NCBI GenBank assembly: GCA_963833225.1
Contig: CAWHXD010000007.1
Coordinates: 1 to 64,000 of the forward strand
DNA length: 64,000 bases
From: an uncultured Chloroflexia bacterium
GTDB taxonomy: Bacteria > Chloroflexota > Limnocylindria > Limnocylindrales > CSP1-4
Reading direction: 5' to 3'
Positions 30,799 through 42,080 of this stretch are shown here, piece by piece. Positions within the stretch are counted from its first letter, which is position 1, and each line of letters begins with the position of its first letter. Position numbers and translations under genes: made by a program. A model generated the notes under the pieces. That model was not told where the DNA came from. It did no database searches and saw only the letters and a list, made by a program, of their open reading frames with translations.

Positions 30799-31047
30799 TC
30801 AGTGAGGCTCCAGGCTCGGGACGACCAGCCAGCCCTCCGCCCGGCCCCGGTAGATCAGCTGCTCGGTAGATAGACCCGACCGCGCACGGAGGTCGGCGAG
30901 GTGGCGCTTCACGGTGCTCGGCCGAATGCCCATGAGTTCGGCCGCGTCCAGGACGGACCCGCCAACTGCGACATACGCGGCGAGGACGTCTGTCTGGCGC
31001 TGCGTTGCCTTGGGCGAGAGGGCCCCGCGTAGGTAGCCGACCCTCAT
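30799..31047 (-). CDS. Small HTH protein, family 2
   Basis: Paralogue of 4591-4839; ATGA-coupled to the LSR-tail frame crossing core 5. Confidence 0.8.
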   Translation of the reverse strand: MRVGYLRGALSPKATQRQTDVLAAYVAVGGSVLDAAELMGIRPSTVKRHLADLRARSGLSTEQLIYRGRAEGWLVVPSLEPH

Positions 31048-31136
31048 GCGCTTCGTGCCGTCGCCGGGAGGAGATCCCGGGGTGTCCTGTTGATCATCAC
31101 GAAGCGCAGCGATTGCTGAGTTAAGGAGGCCCTAGC

Positions 31137-31152
31137 CCTCTCGCCCCGACCA
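31137..31152 (+). repeat. att core 5
   Basis: Exact. Confidence 0.9.
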
Positions 31153-31171
31153 AATCTCAAGACACACCGAA

Positions 31172-31204
31172 AGCCGGGCCTAGATTGGTCCGGCTCTCTG
31201 TCTT
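31172..31204 (+). terminator. Terminator-like hairpin after the core
   Basis: AGCCGGGCC-TAGATT-GGTCCGGCT then CTCTGTCTT. Confidence 0.5.
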
Positions 31205-31332
31205 GCCAGGTCTGCCCATCCGTCCCGAGTCTTCCGGACAGTACGAGATCCCGCCCAGCCGCAGCAACGGCGGTGTGTGCCGTCAGGCGTCCGGGAGTGT
31301 GGCCATTGCCTGCGCCTTCAGCGCTGCCGGCC

Positions 31333-32746
31333 GGAAGCATCCCTTCTTCTGTGCCGGACCGTCAGGACGCTGACGGCCAGGGCCGGAGGAGCGCAGCGAA
31401 GCGCCCGGCCCCGTAGCGCTGCCAGGTCCCGTTGAGCCGCAGGAGCCGCAGACGGACGAGGGCGGACACGCCGCGCCGGAACCAGCTCATGCCACGGGCC
31501 TTGAAACGGCGGGCGACAACGATGTCGACCGCCTTCTCCATCGGACCCGAGGAGGCGAGCGGCACGATCGCGTAGTTCTCGATCGCCCGGCGGTTGGTGG
31601 CGACGTAGCCCCAGACCGCGGTGAGCTTGTCCGAGCGGGCGAGGTCGGCCCCCGCCTCCTCGTACGCCCAGCCGGCGAGCAGCTCGAGCAGGCCGTCGGC
31701 GTCCCCCGGCGCCGCGACCGCGAGAGCCTGCTCGAGGCGGTCGGGCCGCTCGTCGCCGATGGCCCGCCGGAGGGCCTCGACGAGGTGGTACCAGTCGAGC
31801 AGCTCGATCGCGTCCGGGAAGCTGCGCTCCCGGATCCAGCGGATGCTGGCCGCGCCGTCGGACACGAAGTAGATCCGGTCGGCCTCGAACACCCCGAGTC
31901 CCGTGCACAGGGCGGTGAACCGCTCGGCGAAGCCGGTCCAGGTCTCGGTGCCGGCGTCGAGGGTGCGGCCCGTCAGGGCTCGCCGGTTGCGTCCGGTCCG
32001 CCTCGCCCCATCGAACACGAGGCCGATCTTGACCTCGAGCTCGGTCCCGCTCGCGCGGTCGTGGACCATCGTGCCGTCGACGCTGACCCAGGCGGTGCCG
32101 CCGCGTCTTGGCCGGTCGCGTCGGTCGGGATGGGCGCCCAGCAGGGCCTCCGTCTCGGCGGCCCTCGCTGCCTCGAGCGCCGCACCCTCGCTCGCCACCC
32201 AGCGGTGGAGCTCGCTGCGCCCGATCGACCAGCCGCGCAGCTCGCCCGCGGTCTCGGCGGCTTTCGCATAGCTCATCTCGGTCACCAGCCACAGACCGCG
32301 CTCGCGGACACCGAGGGTGTGCTGGGTCCGGGACTCGAGCCCGAGGGCGACATCGAGCGGCACGGTCTCGGTCCCGCACCCGGTGCAGCGGTACCGGCGG
32401 CGCCGGAGCTCGACCTCACCCGTGAGCGTCACCAGCCGCCGCGGCGCCCGACCGTTCGCCTTCACGGCCCCGCCACAGCCCTCGCATGCGGCGGGTGTCG
32501 GCAGAGACGCCTCGAGCTGGGTCACGAGGGCCCGCCACAGGGCGGTCCCGACCTCGGCCAGGGCCGCGCTCACGGTGCGCTCCAGCGAGCCGACGTCCGC
32601 GTGGTCCGTCGCGAGATGCACCTGCACCGGGACCGTACACTCCATCGCGAGCCCCTCGTCACTGCTGCTGATGTCAGAACCAACAGCGTGACCGAAGGGG
32701 CTCATCTCGTTCCGGCCGGCCCAGCACAGACGTTGGGATGCTTACC
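31333..32746 (-). mobile_element. ISKra4/ISLre2 (UPF0236)-like IS, transposase 31362-32705
   Basis: SVDGT, SDGAASI, LDWYH, SSGPME motifs; imperfect TIR (AAGCATCCC..TCTGTGC); near-identical 8-bp flanks TGCCGGCC/TGCCCGCC. Confidence 0.85.
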
Positions 32747-32818
32747 TGCCCGCCGGACAGGCTTGACGCACCAGGCACAGACACGTACGCTAGGACGTAC
32801 GTACAAGGGAGGCCGACC

Positions 32819-33061
32819 ATCACCACCGTCACCGCAACCGAAGCGCGCAAGCAGCTCTACAAGCTCCTTGACGACGTGTCCAACTCGCATGAGCCGGTCC
32901 AGATCACCGGCAAGCGCGGCAACGCAGTGCTGGTCGGTGAGGATGACTGGCGCGCCGTCCAGGAGACCCTGTACCTCGTGTCCATCCCGGGCATGCGCGA
33001 GTCGATCATCGAGGGCATCGGGACGCCCGTGGAGGAACTCGACGGCGAACTCCGCTGGTGA
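32819..33061 (+). CDS. yefM: Phd/YefM antitoxin (apparent ATC start)
   Basis: TEARKQLYKLLDDV..PVQITGKRGNAVLV..ETLYL; GGAGG RBS. Confidence 0.85.
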   Translation: MTTVTATEARKQLYKLLDDVSNSHEPVQITGKRGNAVLVGEDDWRAVQETLYLVSIPGMRESIIEGIGTPVEELDGELRW

Positions 33062-33321
33062 GCTGGAGCCTTGTCTACACCAGGCAGGCCCAGAAGGACG
33101 CCGAGAAGCTCGCCGCAGCCGGCCTGAAGCCCAAGGCCGAAGCCCTGCTGGCGATCCTCGCCGGGAACCCCTACCAGACGCCGCCCACCTTCGAGAAGCT
33201 CGTGGGCGACCTGTCGGGAGCGTACTCCCGGCGCATCAGCCTTCAGCACCGCCTGGTCTACCAGGTCCTCGACGATGCCAAGACCGTGAAGGTGCTCCGG
33301 ATGTGGACGCACTACCAGTAG
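33058..33321 (+). CDS. yoeB: Txe/YoeB toxin
   Basis: EKLVGDLSGAYSRRISLQHRLVY..MWTHY. Confidence 0.9.
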   Translation: MSWSLVYTRQAQKDAEKLAAAGLKPKAEALLAILAGNPYQTPPTFEKLVGDLSGAYSRRISLQHRLVYQVLDDAKTVKVLRMWTHYQ

Positions 33322-33400
33322 GCCAGCCGCGGAGTCACCCGAGGCGCACCGGCAGCGGCCAAGCGACCGGGACAAAGAGGTCGGTGCCGGTGGTTTGAGA

Positions 33401-33416
33401 CCTCTCGCCCCGACCA
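33401..33416 (+). repeat. att core 6
   Basis: Exact; arm A variant. Confidence 0.9.
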
Positions 33417-33579
33417 GATCGACCTTCTTCGTGCTCAGAACAGCCCGTCTCGAGGCCCTCGGCCAACGCCCCTGGTCACCCCAATGGTCTGGGCGCGCCG
33501 CCATGGCCAATCCCCCACGATCCATGCCAACCTCGGCCTTGGCTCAGCGGCGCGAATGCTCAGTCGGGCCTGACGCTTA

Positions 33580-33870
33580 TCACCACATTGCCCTTCTTAT
33601 GCCCCTTCTCGACGTACTCGTGCGCCTCGCGAACGGCCTCGAGCGGATAGGTCCGATCGACCACCGCCCGAAGCGAGCCCGCCTCGAGCATGTCGCGGAG
33701 GTACCAGAGGTCGGCGAGCTTCTCGGTGGTGCTCGAGCGAACCGACCAGCGTCCGCGGCGACATCGTCACGTGTGTAGTCGATCACTCGCTCCGCGCCCA
33801 ATGACCGCACGAGGTCCAGGTCGGCCGTGCTGGACACCCCGGTGACGCGGGCACCGACAAGCCCCACAAC
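33580..33870 (-). pseudogene. Fragments of an MDR oxidoreductase
   Basis: GARVTGVSSTADLDLVRSLGAERVIDYT. Confidence 0.65.
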
Positions 33871-34020
33871 CTCCATTCGATCGTTGACAATGAAGACATA
33901 GGGGGACACGATCAACCTAAACCTTCAATCTCTTGGGGAGAATGAAGGCCTGCGAGGAGTGATTGCGGGCGGGGACGGCTCGGATCGATGGCCGCCGCCG
34001 TCGAAATCGTCGTCCTGAGT

Positions 34021-34035
34021 CGTGTCGCCCTGACA
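34021..34035 (+). repeat. att core 7 (degenerate)
   Basis: CGTGTCGCCCTGACA after a long arm-B match to about 22705-22764. Confidence 0.65.
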
Positions 34036-34067
34036 GATTGCGGATCTGAGTATGCGCCGCTGGCTGT

Positions 34068-35610
34068 TCACGGATGGCTCGCCGTGACCTCAAAGAGTTG
34101 CCATTCGCCCGGCACCCCGCGCAGTGCATGTTGTCCCGCGTCCTGCATTGGCACATCGGGAAGTGCGGAGGCCAGGTCTGCGGAGACGAGGATGTCCCCC
34201 GCCCCGGCTGTTCCCATCACCCGCGCGGCCGCGTGGACAGCCAGCCCGCTCACCTGTTCGCCACGCATCTCCACGTCGCCCAGGTGCAGGCCCGTTCGGA
34301 CGCGAAGACCGAGCCTCCCCACGCTTCCACGCATCGCCACCGCGCAGCGGATCGCGTTGCCCGGTCGATCGAAGACGGCGAAGAAGGCGTCGCCGGCCGT
34401 ATTGACCTCGCGGCCACGATACCGCGCCAGCTCCTGGCGCACCGCTGCCCTGTAGGCGTCAAGGACCTCCCGCCAGCGCTCGTCGCCCAGCGTGACGATC
34501 GCCTGGGTGGATTCCACGATGTCGGTGAACAGGAGGGTCAACCGGCTGCGCGCGGGCAGTGCTCGGTCGACGATCGGCCGCAGTCGATGACGCACCGGGG
34601 CGAAGGCGAGCCCGGCGGCCAAGCCCACTGCGGCCGCCATCAGATTGGAGCCCGACCGAACCTTGCCTGCAGTACGTTTTGCGCCACCACGTTTGCCGCG
34701 CCGAACACCACGAGCAGCACCAGGCTGACGGCCCCGTAGAGGGCAGTCCGGTTCAGGAACAGGTCAAGGTCGTAGAGTCGATAGCGAAGCATTGCGACCG
34801 CGAAACCGAGTGGCATGGCGATCCCGAAGCCGGCAACCGTGGTGACCGTCACCAACACGTTGACCTGGTCGAGTGGGACGATCAGCAGCGCGCCGACGTT
34901 GAGGCCAACGTTCAGGAACACCGCGAATGCCGTCGACCATGCGATCCAGCGCAGCTGCAACGCCTCCTCGCCCTGCGACCGCCTCAGCCGGAGCACGATG
35001 GCCACGCCGGCAGCCGCCACGATGCCCAGACCGGCCAGGTACAGGACGATGCCAAGCGGCGAGAGCGCCAGGCCCTCGAGCTCCGGCACGCCGGTCGGGT
35101 TGGGGGCGCCGGGCAGGGTACGGAGCTCGAGCCCGCGCGGGTCCAGCACCGTTGCGATCACCAGGAGCACGGTGACGGCCACCGCCGACCGCGCCACCCA
35201 CCGCCAGCGGCGCGACAGCAGCCGGCCATTCGGAACAAGCAGGAGGACGATCGGCGCCAGCCCAGCGGGGTACACCAGCGTGAGGGCAACGCTGCCGAAC
35301 CACGGGATCCATGACGTGAAGGGTGCCTGCGGGTTGGTATCGAGGGCGTAGCGCGTGAACTGCGTGGCTGCGCCGTTCAAACCCATGACCAGCGCCATCG
35401 CCAGGAAGATCCAGCTGTGGCGTTCCCGGTCTGGCGCGACGCGACCAGGGCGCCGAGGATGCCGAAGCTGACGGGCAGCACGATCTCGGCCGCGCTTGTC
35501 TGATCGAGCGTCTGGATCGACGCGCGATTGACGAACGCGAGCAGGGCGGTGCCGGCCGCGGCCAGCAGCGTAGCGACGCAGATCGACCACGCGAGGAGAC
35601 GGGCGCTCAC
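34068..35610 (-). pseudogene. Membrane-bound class III adenylate/guanylate cyclase, two frameshifts
   Basis: Multi-TM N-terminus; LFTDIVEST, NTAGDAF, GLHLGDVE, AVHAAARVM. Confidence 0.85.
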
Positions 35611-35830
35611 ACGGGGATGCTAACGGACGCGCTCCGCGCAGAGGAACCCGAAGATGACTGGTTCTGGCTGGTCTTCAGGGCGCCACATTCCGCGAGCATG
35701 TGAGCCGGCACGACGGGTACGAGGCGTCTGGGGCCGCAGCCGGCGTGTGCTAGGCAAACCGCTCGACGCGACCGCCGCCTGAGCCACCGCCCACGATCCT
35801 GATGGTCAGTTGGGAATTGCCGCAATGACT

Positions 35831-35846
35831 CCTCTCGCCCAGACCA
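35831..35846 (+). repeat. att core 8
   Basis: One mismatch (CCTCTCGCCCAGACCA). Confidence 0.8.
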
Positions 35847-35888
35847 GCTCGCTTCAGCACCGGATTCGTGCGTGGATTCATGCCCAGG

Positions 35889-37265
35889 TCAGGCAGTGGC
35901 GCTGCTGACCCACCGCTCCGTGCCCGTCAGAGCGAGCTCCAGCGGCCATGAGACCGGGACACTAGGGTCGGTACTGGTGGTTTGTCTCCTCTCGCCCCGA
36001 CCAGATCGACCAATCGAGATTGATTGGTCCCCAGCCCCGAAGGCTGCATCCCATCCGTGGGCCTTCGCGCTGGCGGTCAGCGTGAACGAGAAGTCGGTCG
36101 CCCCCAGCACGTCGATCCGCTCGAACACGGCTTCCGCGATCGCGTGCCGCCCGGCATCCGAGGTCTTCGCCCACAGCTCTGGCAGCGACTCCAGGTACTC
36201 CCGCGCCTCGGCGGCGGTCGGGATGCGTGACGGGCGGACCACCGCAGCCTGAGCCTCGGCGTCGAGCCGCGCCATCGTCGCCTCCAGCCGACCGAGGTCG
36301 CGATCCTTCGCGAACCGCAGGGCCGCCTGGTCACGCTCCCTGGTGATGCGGGCCTGGGCCAGGACGTCTCCGTTGTCGGGCTCCGGTCGCCTGGCCAGGG
36401 CGACCGTGCTGGCCTTGAGCGTCGACGAGACGGCCACGTGCTTGAATGCGAGGCCGATCGCGTCCTCGTACACCTCGACCTTGTAGGACTCGCCCTTGAC
36501 GCGGTGGTCGAGGTTCGTCTTCGCATTGCGCCGGTGGCGGCGCGGGGCAGCCGCCCGAAACGCCTCGCAGGCGTCCAGATGGCGGTACCGCCCGACGTGG
36601 CCGGTCAGGCGGCGGCCGCAGGCCGCGCAGGCCAGGAGCCCGGCAAGGCCGTACTGGCGGCGGTTGACCCCGCCGCGGTGCCGGCGGCTGTACCGGGCGC
36701 GCATCGCCTGGACGTGCTCCCAGGTGCCGGCGTCGACGAGCGCGCCCAGGGCTGACGGCTCGCCGGTCCGGAGGCGCCCCACATAGAAGGGGTTGGTCAG
36801 CACCTCCGCGACGTGCGTCGGCGCGAGGCCCGTGGCCTTCCCGACCTCGCGGTCGGTTCGCCCGCCTGCCGCGAGCTCGTAGGCGCGGCGGACGAGGCAA
36901 GCGCTCCTCGTCGACGGTAATCGTCCGGCCATCCCGCACCGTCCCCAACGGCGCCTTGTTGCCGCCCGGGACGCCGAGCCGCCGGCGCTTCGCCGCATAG
37001 CCCTCCCGGATCCGCTTCGCCAGCCGCCGGCTGTACGCCTCGGCCTCGACCGCCTCTCGGGCCCAGCGCTCCCACTCGTCCTCGTCGGTCGAGAGGACCC
37101 GCTCGTCGGCGAACAGGATCACCGCGCCTCGGGCGTGGAGGTCGTGGCGGGCGTTGACCGCGGTCCGCAGGTCCCGGGCGAAGCGGCTGACATAGCCGAC
37201 GACGAGGACCTCCCAGTCCTCGCCCGCGCCGGCGAGCATCTCCGCCCACTGGCCGGTCGCCGCGA
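35889..37265 (-). pseudogene. LSR, 5'-truncated, frameshift near 36900
   Basis: VLVVGYVSRFARD, zinc ribbon; reads through core 9. Confidence 0.85.
35988..36003 (+). repeat. att core 9
   Basis: Exact; arm A; right arm homologous to that of core 2. Confidence 0.9.
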
Positions 37266-37289
37266 TCGTCCGCCCCGAGTGGGCAACCT

Positions 37290-37360
37290 CGTGGGGGTCA
37301 GAAACCCCGATTCGATCACGCAGCGACTCGGTCGTGCTCGTGGATCAGGCCGCCGAGTGC
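37290..37360 (-). mobile_element. Right-end remnant of an integrase-core IS
   Basis: GTGGGGGTCAGAAACCCCGATTCG plus LGGLIHEHDRVAA*. Confidence 0.6.
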
Positions 37361-37531
37361 GGACTTCATGGGTTTTGGCCACCCGGTTTCACGGCGGGTT
37401 CCACCCGAGCGCCGAAGCACTGCGAGATGGTTAGGCACTTCTCTTTGGCCTGACCCTCACGGGTACGACTTGCACAATAGGGAGAGGCAGCCTACTATAG
37501 CGTCATTACTGGCACTATTGTAGGAGCAGCC

Positions 37532-38167
37532 ATGGACCTGGGTCGGCCGATCCGAGCCGTCGTTCCGTCGCTCGACGGGCCCGTGCTCGAGGTGCTCGCG
37601 GGCACGTCGCGACCGCTGACCATCTTCGAGGTCCAGCGTCTCGCGGGCGTCGGGAGCCCTTCGGGGATCCGTAAGGTCCTCGAGCGCCTCACGCGCGAGG
37701 GCGTGGTCGAGGTCGACCGTCGCGCCAATGCCGCCTACTACACGGCCAACCGGGAGCACCTTGCGTGGCCCGCGGTCGAGATCCTCGTCGGGCTGCGGAG
37801 CGCGCTGTTCCGGTTGCTGGCGTCAGAGATCCACGCCTTCGCGGTCCCTCCCGTCCATGCCTCGCTCTTCGGCTCCGCCGCTCGGGCCGACGGAGACGCG
37901 GAGAGCGACATCGACGTCCTTCTTGTCAAGCCCACCCTCGATGACGTCGCCGAGGAAGCCTGGGCCTCGCAGCTCGACACGCTCCGTGCGCGCGTCCTCA
38001 CGCGCACCGGCAACCGCTGTCAGGCGTTCGACCTCTCGCTCTCCCGGCTGGCCGAGCACGTCGGCGCCGACGACGCACTCCTCCGGTCCTGGCTTGCCGA
38101 TGGCGTCCTCCTGTTCGGGCAGCCGCTCTCGGACCTCGTCGATCAGGCAAAGGCGGTGGTCGCCTGA
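37532..38167 (+). CDS. HTH plus minimal nucleotidyltransferase (MNT antitoxin-like)
   Basis: LFGSAARADGDAESDIDVLLV. Confidence 0.85.
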   Translation: MDLGRPIRAVVPSLDGPVLEVLAGTSRPLTIFEVQRLAGVGSPSGIRKVLERLTREGVVEVDRRANAAYYTANREHLAWPAVEILVGLRSALFRLLASEIHAFAVPPVHASLFGSAARADGDAESDIDVLLVKPTLDDVAEEAWASQLDTLRARVLTRTGNRCQAFDLSLSRLAEHVGADDALLRSWLADGVLLFGQPLSDLVDQAKAVVA

Positions 38168-38586
38168 TGGCGCGGGCGAGCGGACGGACCGCGACGTGCG
38201 GGCGGGCCGAGGCGATCGCGCGCCTGCGCCAGGCGCGCGCATTCGTCGAGGTCGCCGAGCTCTGTCTCGCCGACGTGGACAACCCGGACCTGCCGCTCCG
38301 TGGGGTCGCGGGTGCGCTCGCCGCGCTCGGCGGGATCGCCGCGTCGGACGCCGCATGCTGCGCACGACTCGGGCGACGCTCGAGGGGCCAGGATCACGCC
38401 CAGGCGATCACGCTCGTCGCCACCGTCCGCCCCGATGGCGAGCGGTTGGCGCGTGACCTCGGTCGACTCATCGCGATCAAGGACAACGTCCACTACGACG
38501 CGATCATGATCTCGATGACCGATGCGAAGGCTGCGGTCGCTCAGGCAAAGCGCATGGTCGGGATCGTCGACGAGCTCCTTCGCTGA
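38167..38586 (+). CDS. HEPN-like toxin partner
   Basis: All-helical 139 aa with GIAASDA..GQDH and K..VHY; coupled to the MNT gene. Confidence 0.7.
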   Translation: MARASGRTATCGRAEAIARLRQARAFVEVAELCLADVDNPDLPLRGVAGALAALGGIAASDAACCARLGRRSRGQDHAQAITLVATVRPDGERLARDLGRLIAIKDNVHYDAIMISMTDAKAAVAQAKRMVGIVDELLR

Positions 38587-38843
38587 CGACCGCGCGAACG
38601 CAGTCAGGCCTGCGGCTGCACCACCACCGGGAGCGCGCGTGTGCGCGCATGGAAGGCTTGGCGATTTCCTGCCGATTCCAACGGGGCCGGGACAGGCTCC
38701 GCGTCGGCACGAAGCTGGATCGATACCACAGCGCCGCGCTCGGCGAGTCACGCCGCGGCGGACGGCAGGGCTTTGGGCCCGCCGACGCGGATCGGCAAAG
38801 GCCACGTGATCGGGACGTCAAGGTCGGTCGTGGAGGTTTGTCT

Positions 38844-38859
38844 CCTCTCGCCCCGACCA
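38844..38859 (+). repeat. att core 10
   Basis: Exact; arm A. Confidence 0.9.
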
Positions 38860-38869
38860 GAACATCCGT

Positions 38870-39300
38870 TCGACGGATCCGGCCGTGCCCCCTGTCAGCA
38901 ACAAAGACGACGCAGGCGGGCCTGATCCGGATCGTGCCCGTGCCGCCGCCGACACCAGCGATGGTCGTGCTGCTATCCACAACGACGGCCGTCGGTCCCC
39001 AGTCGGGTCCCGATGGACGGTCGGATCCTGCTGGACGCGTGCAGCCTCCGATCATCAGCGCCAGAGCGGCAGCGAGGACCAGCCGGGAACCGGTCAATTC
39101 AGGAGCACCTGGTACTGAGCTCCAAGCCCATCGTCGGCCCAGACCAGCTTGCTGAAGACGGGATGGTTGTTGGCAACAAGATAGCCATGTGTCACGCCAA
39201 CGCCCTTGTGGTCAATGAACCACGGGCTTCCGCTGTCACCACCTTGGACCTGGCCGGGCGTGTCCATCTCGACCATCTCCATCTGGAGACCACCGTTGAG
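38870..39300 (-). pseudogene. S1 peptidase C-terminal fragment followed by a truncated lipoprotein
   Basis: QGGDSGSPW ending at 39094; MTGSRLVLAAALALMIGGC starting at 39097. Confidence 0.5.
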
Positions 39301-39494
39301 GATCAGTACCGCCGGCCGGCGCTGTCGTCGGGCCGGCTCCGGTTCTTCCCCGGCCGGGCGACGCCGAAGCCGTGTCGGTTGCCATCTGTTGTGCGACCAA
39401 CCGCCCGCGACGGGGGATCGACCGGCACTTGATCGCTCGGCGCCATTGTTCATAATTTGGATGTACAACATGAGATTAGTTCCGAGGCAACCCG

Positions 39495-40058
39495 GTGACA
39501 ACGGCTCAGCAGCATCCAATCCACAGGTCCGACGCCGTGCGGCGCCCGCCGCCGGATCGCTGGCGACGGCTGAGCATCGTCGTGGCCGGCATCGCACTGG
39601 TCGTGTTCGGTGCGGCCTGGATGCACGTCGGGGCAGGGGCGGGCACCGGGATCATCGCGGCCGCGAACGGTGGCATCGATCCGCTTTCGTACCTTGACTG
39701 CAAGTTCGACGAGACCGGGTGTGTCCGGACGCCGCTCGCGGTCGGGGACGGCTTCCTCGTCATCTGCGAGAACTTCACCGCGAACACGTCCCCGGGGGGC
39801 ATTGCGCGCGTCGTCTCCGTGTACGGGCCTGGTAACCCGGTCCTGGAGGAGTACACGGGCGCCCTGCCCATGGCCCTCAAGTGGGGCGACAAGCTCGAGG
39901 CCGTGATCAAGGCGATGGGTCGGCCGAGCCGGATCTCCGACCTGTACGGCCCTCCGACGTTCGTCTACACGTTCACCGGCGAACGATATGGATCGCTCGA
40001 GCTCCAGTTCGACGCCGAGGACCATCTCGTCCGGATCAACGCGGGCCTGACCCGCTGA
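39495..40058 (+). CDS. Membrane-anchored hypothetical protein
   Basis: One TM helix then a globular domain. Confidence 0.6.
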   Translation: MTTAQQHPIHRSDAVRRPPPDRWRRLSIVVAGIALVVFGAAWMHVGAGAGTGIIAAANGGIDPLSYLDCKFDETGCVRTPLAVGDGFLVICENFTANTSPGGIARVVSVYGPGNPVLEEYTGALPMALKWGDKLEAVIKAMGRPSRISDLYGPPTFVYTFTGERYGSLELQFDAEDHLVRINAGLTR

Positions 40059-40149
40059 CCAGCTGGGGTTCCCACGGGCCCCGGCGCGTCTTCTCTCGTG
40101 TGCCGGCCAGCGGTTGAACGGTCAGGTGTGACTCTGTCTGCGCCGCCTG

Positions 40150-40740
40150 GCGGCACGTCTGTCGGGTGGCGAGCGGCGCCCGCGGTTGTAGTGCTCAGCG
40201 TAGATGCGGAGCGTGCCGTCGAGGTGCCGCCGACCGAGGATGAGGGTCCAGTCGAGGCACTCGGTTCGCATCGTCTCGATGACCCGTTCCGCGTAGGCGT
40301 TCGCGTTCGGAGCCCGGACCGGGGTGCGGATGACCCGGATCCTCTCCGAGCGCAGCACCGCGTCGAACGGGCCGCTGAACTTCGCGTCCCGGTCCCGGAT
40401 GAGAAACTGGAAAGCCGGTGACCGACCGTCGAGCCCGAGCGCGAGGTTGCGGGCCTGCTGGGTGACCCACGCCGCGTCGGGGTGCGCCGTCGCGGGGCTG
40501 AGGTGGATCCTCCGGCTGCCGAGCTCGATGAACACGAGGACGTAGAGGGTCCGGAGCCAGGCCGTCTCGACGGTGAAGAAGTCGCACGCGATGATGCCCT
40601 CCGCCTCTGCCCGCAGGAACTCGGTCCACGTCGGGCCTCTGCGCCGGCGGGCAGTACCCAGTCGCGCCGACCGGAGCAGGGTGCGGATCGTCGTCGCACC
40701 CACTCTGAAGCCGAGTTTGCGGAGCTCGCCCCCGATCCGT
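40150..40740 (-). mobile_element. Integrase-core transposase fragment
   Basis: ACDFFTVET, IRDRDAKF, ANAYAER. Confidence 0.8.
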
Positions 40741-40900
40741 GCAGATCTGGCTCCGGTGATCGGTGCCGTGGTGGACGACCTGCGCGAGTCGGAAGCCAAG
40801 CGGCGAGTGGAAGTCCCAGCCGTCGCCGTGCTCGACGATGTCGGCATCGCCGTCGGGTCTCGCCGCGAGCAGGCCTCGGCAAGCACGTGGCACAGCTTCT
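40740..40900 (-). pseudogene. DinB-like fragment
   Basis: RLAQVVHHGTDHRSQICT. Confidence 0.5.
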
Positions 40901-40970
40901 CGTAGAGGATAACGGCTTGGGGAAACGCTTCGAGCCCGTCCCCGAGAGGGCGAGATCAGTCTCCATTGTG

Positions 40971-41639
40971 CTAGCTGTCGTCGTCCTCGAAATCCGGCCA
41001 GGCCGCGATGTCGACGCCGTGGTTCTCGGGCGAAGCAAGCGTCCACCATTGGGGCGCGTGTGTTTCATCGGCCAGGCGCCCGCCCGCGGCGAGAGCCGCC
41101 GCGACTCGTGCCTCTGCCTGATCCGCGGGCACGCTGACGTCGATGTGCGTGCGGCCGCGGCCAGGCTTGGGAGGGCGCAGGCGTTGGAACGAGACGTGTG
41201 GATTGCGCCTGTGTCGATCGACAACGTCCTCATCCGCGCCGAGGCTCTTGTACCCGAGTACGGCGGCCCAGAACGGACCAACATCGCTGCCGGCATCCTG
41301 CGCCACGGCGATGCCGATGACCTGGACCTGGGAGGGGTCTGGCTCGACCTGCAACCGCCGAGCCTCGACCGAGATCCGGCGGGCCAGATCAACATCGCGC
41401 TGGCTCAAGGCCCCGTACTCTCCGGAGGCTGTGCGGACAGTCACTCCCTCCGGCCGCAGGTCAACGTCGGGGAAGTGGCCAACGGCCTCGGCAACCTCGG
41501 CGATTGCCGCCACGAACCTGGCGCCGTGCTCGAACGACCTGACACGGAAGTAGGCGTGTGCGCCCGAGAACAGGACCCGCCAGTCCTCGACTCCGTCAGC
41601 GTCGTGGAAGGCTCGGGCCGTCGTTCTCCTCTCGCTCAT
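40971..41639 (-). CDS. Pterin-4a-carbinolamine dehydratase/VOC fusion
   Basis: GHFPDVDLRP..LSQRDVDLARRIS; FWAAVLGY, THIDVSV. Confidence 0.85.
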   Translation of the reverse strand: MSERRTTARAFHDADGVEDWRVLFSGAHAYFRVRSFEHGARFVAAIAEVAEAVGHFPDVDLRPEGVTVRTASGEYGALSQRDVDLARRISVEARRLQVEPDPSQVQVIGIAVAQDAGSDVGPFWAAVLGYKSLGADEDVVDRHRRNPHVSFQRLRPPKPGRGRTHIDVSVPADQAEARVAAALAAGGRLADETHAPQWWTLASPENHGVDIAAWPDFEDDDS

Positions 41640-41846
41640 CCAGGAACCATAGACCTCGCGGACCCGGGAGGTTCACCAGGAACCGAGAGCTGCGTATACG
41701 AGTGCGTCTTGCGCTCCGCGCGATCCTGAGCAAGACTGCTGACCGTCTTTCACGGGGACGACGCTCGCCCCGAAGGCCGCGTCCCAGCCCTGGCGCCCAT
41801 CGCCGAGCGGCACCAGGTCCGCTCATCGTGATGCTATGATGCGCAG

Positions 41847-42068
41847 ATGACGAAGGTGCGGACGACCCTGACCATCGACCCCGAGGTGCTGCGCGCGGTC
41901 AAGGTGCGTGCCGCGCGTCTGGGCAAGGGCGACAGCGACGTGATCGAGGAGGCCCTCCGCCGGGATCTCGGGCTTGACCTGCTCGACCGGCTGTGGGCGG
42001 CCAATGACCTCGATGAGGCCGAGGCGCTCGCGCTCGCGAGCGAAGCCCAGCACCGAACGCGCGCCTGA
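41847..42068 (+). CDS. RHH antitoxin
   Basis: VRTTLTID..SDVIEEALRR, upstream of a PIN gene. Confidence 0.8.
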   Translation: MTKVRTTLTIDPEVLRAVKVRAARLGKGDSDVIEEALRRDLGLDLLDRLWAANDLDEAEALALASEAQHRTRA

Positions 42069-42080
42069 CCACGCCGCCGC

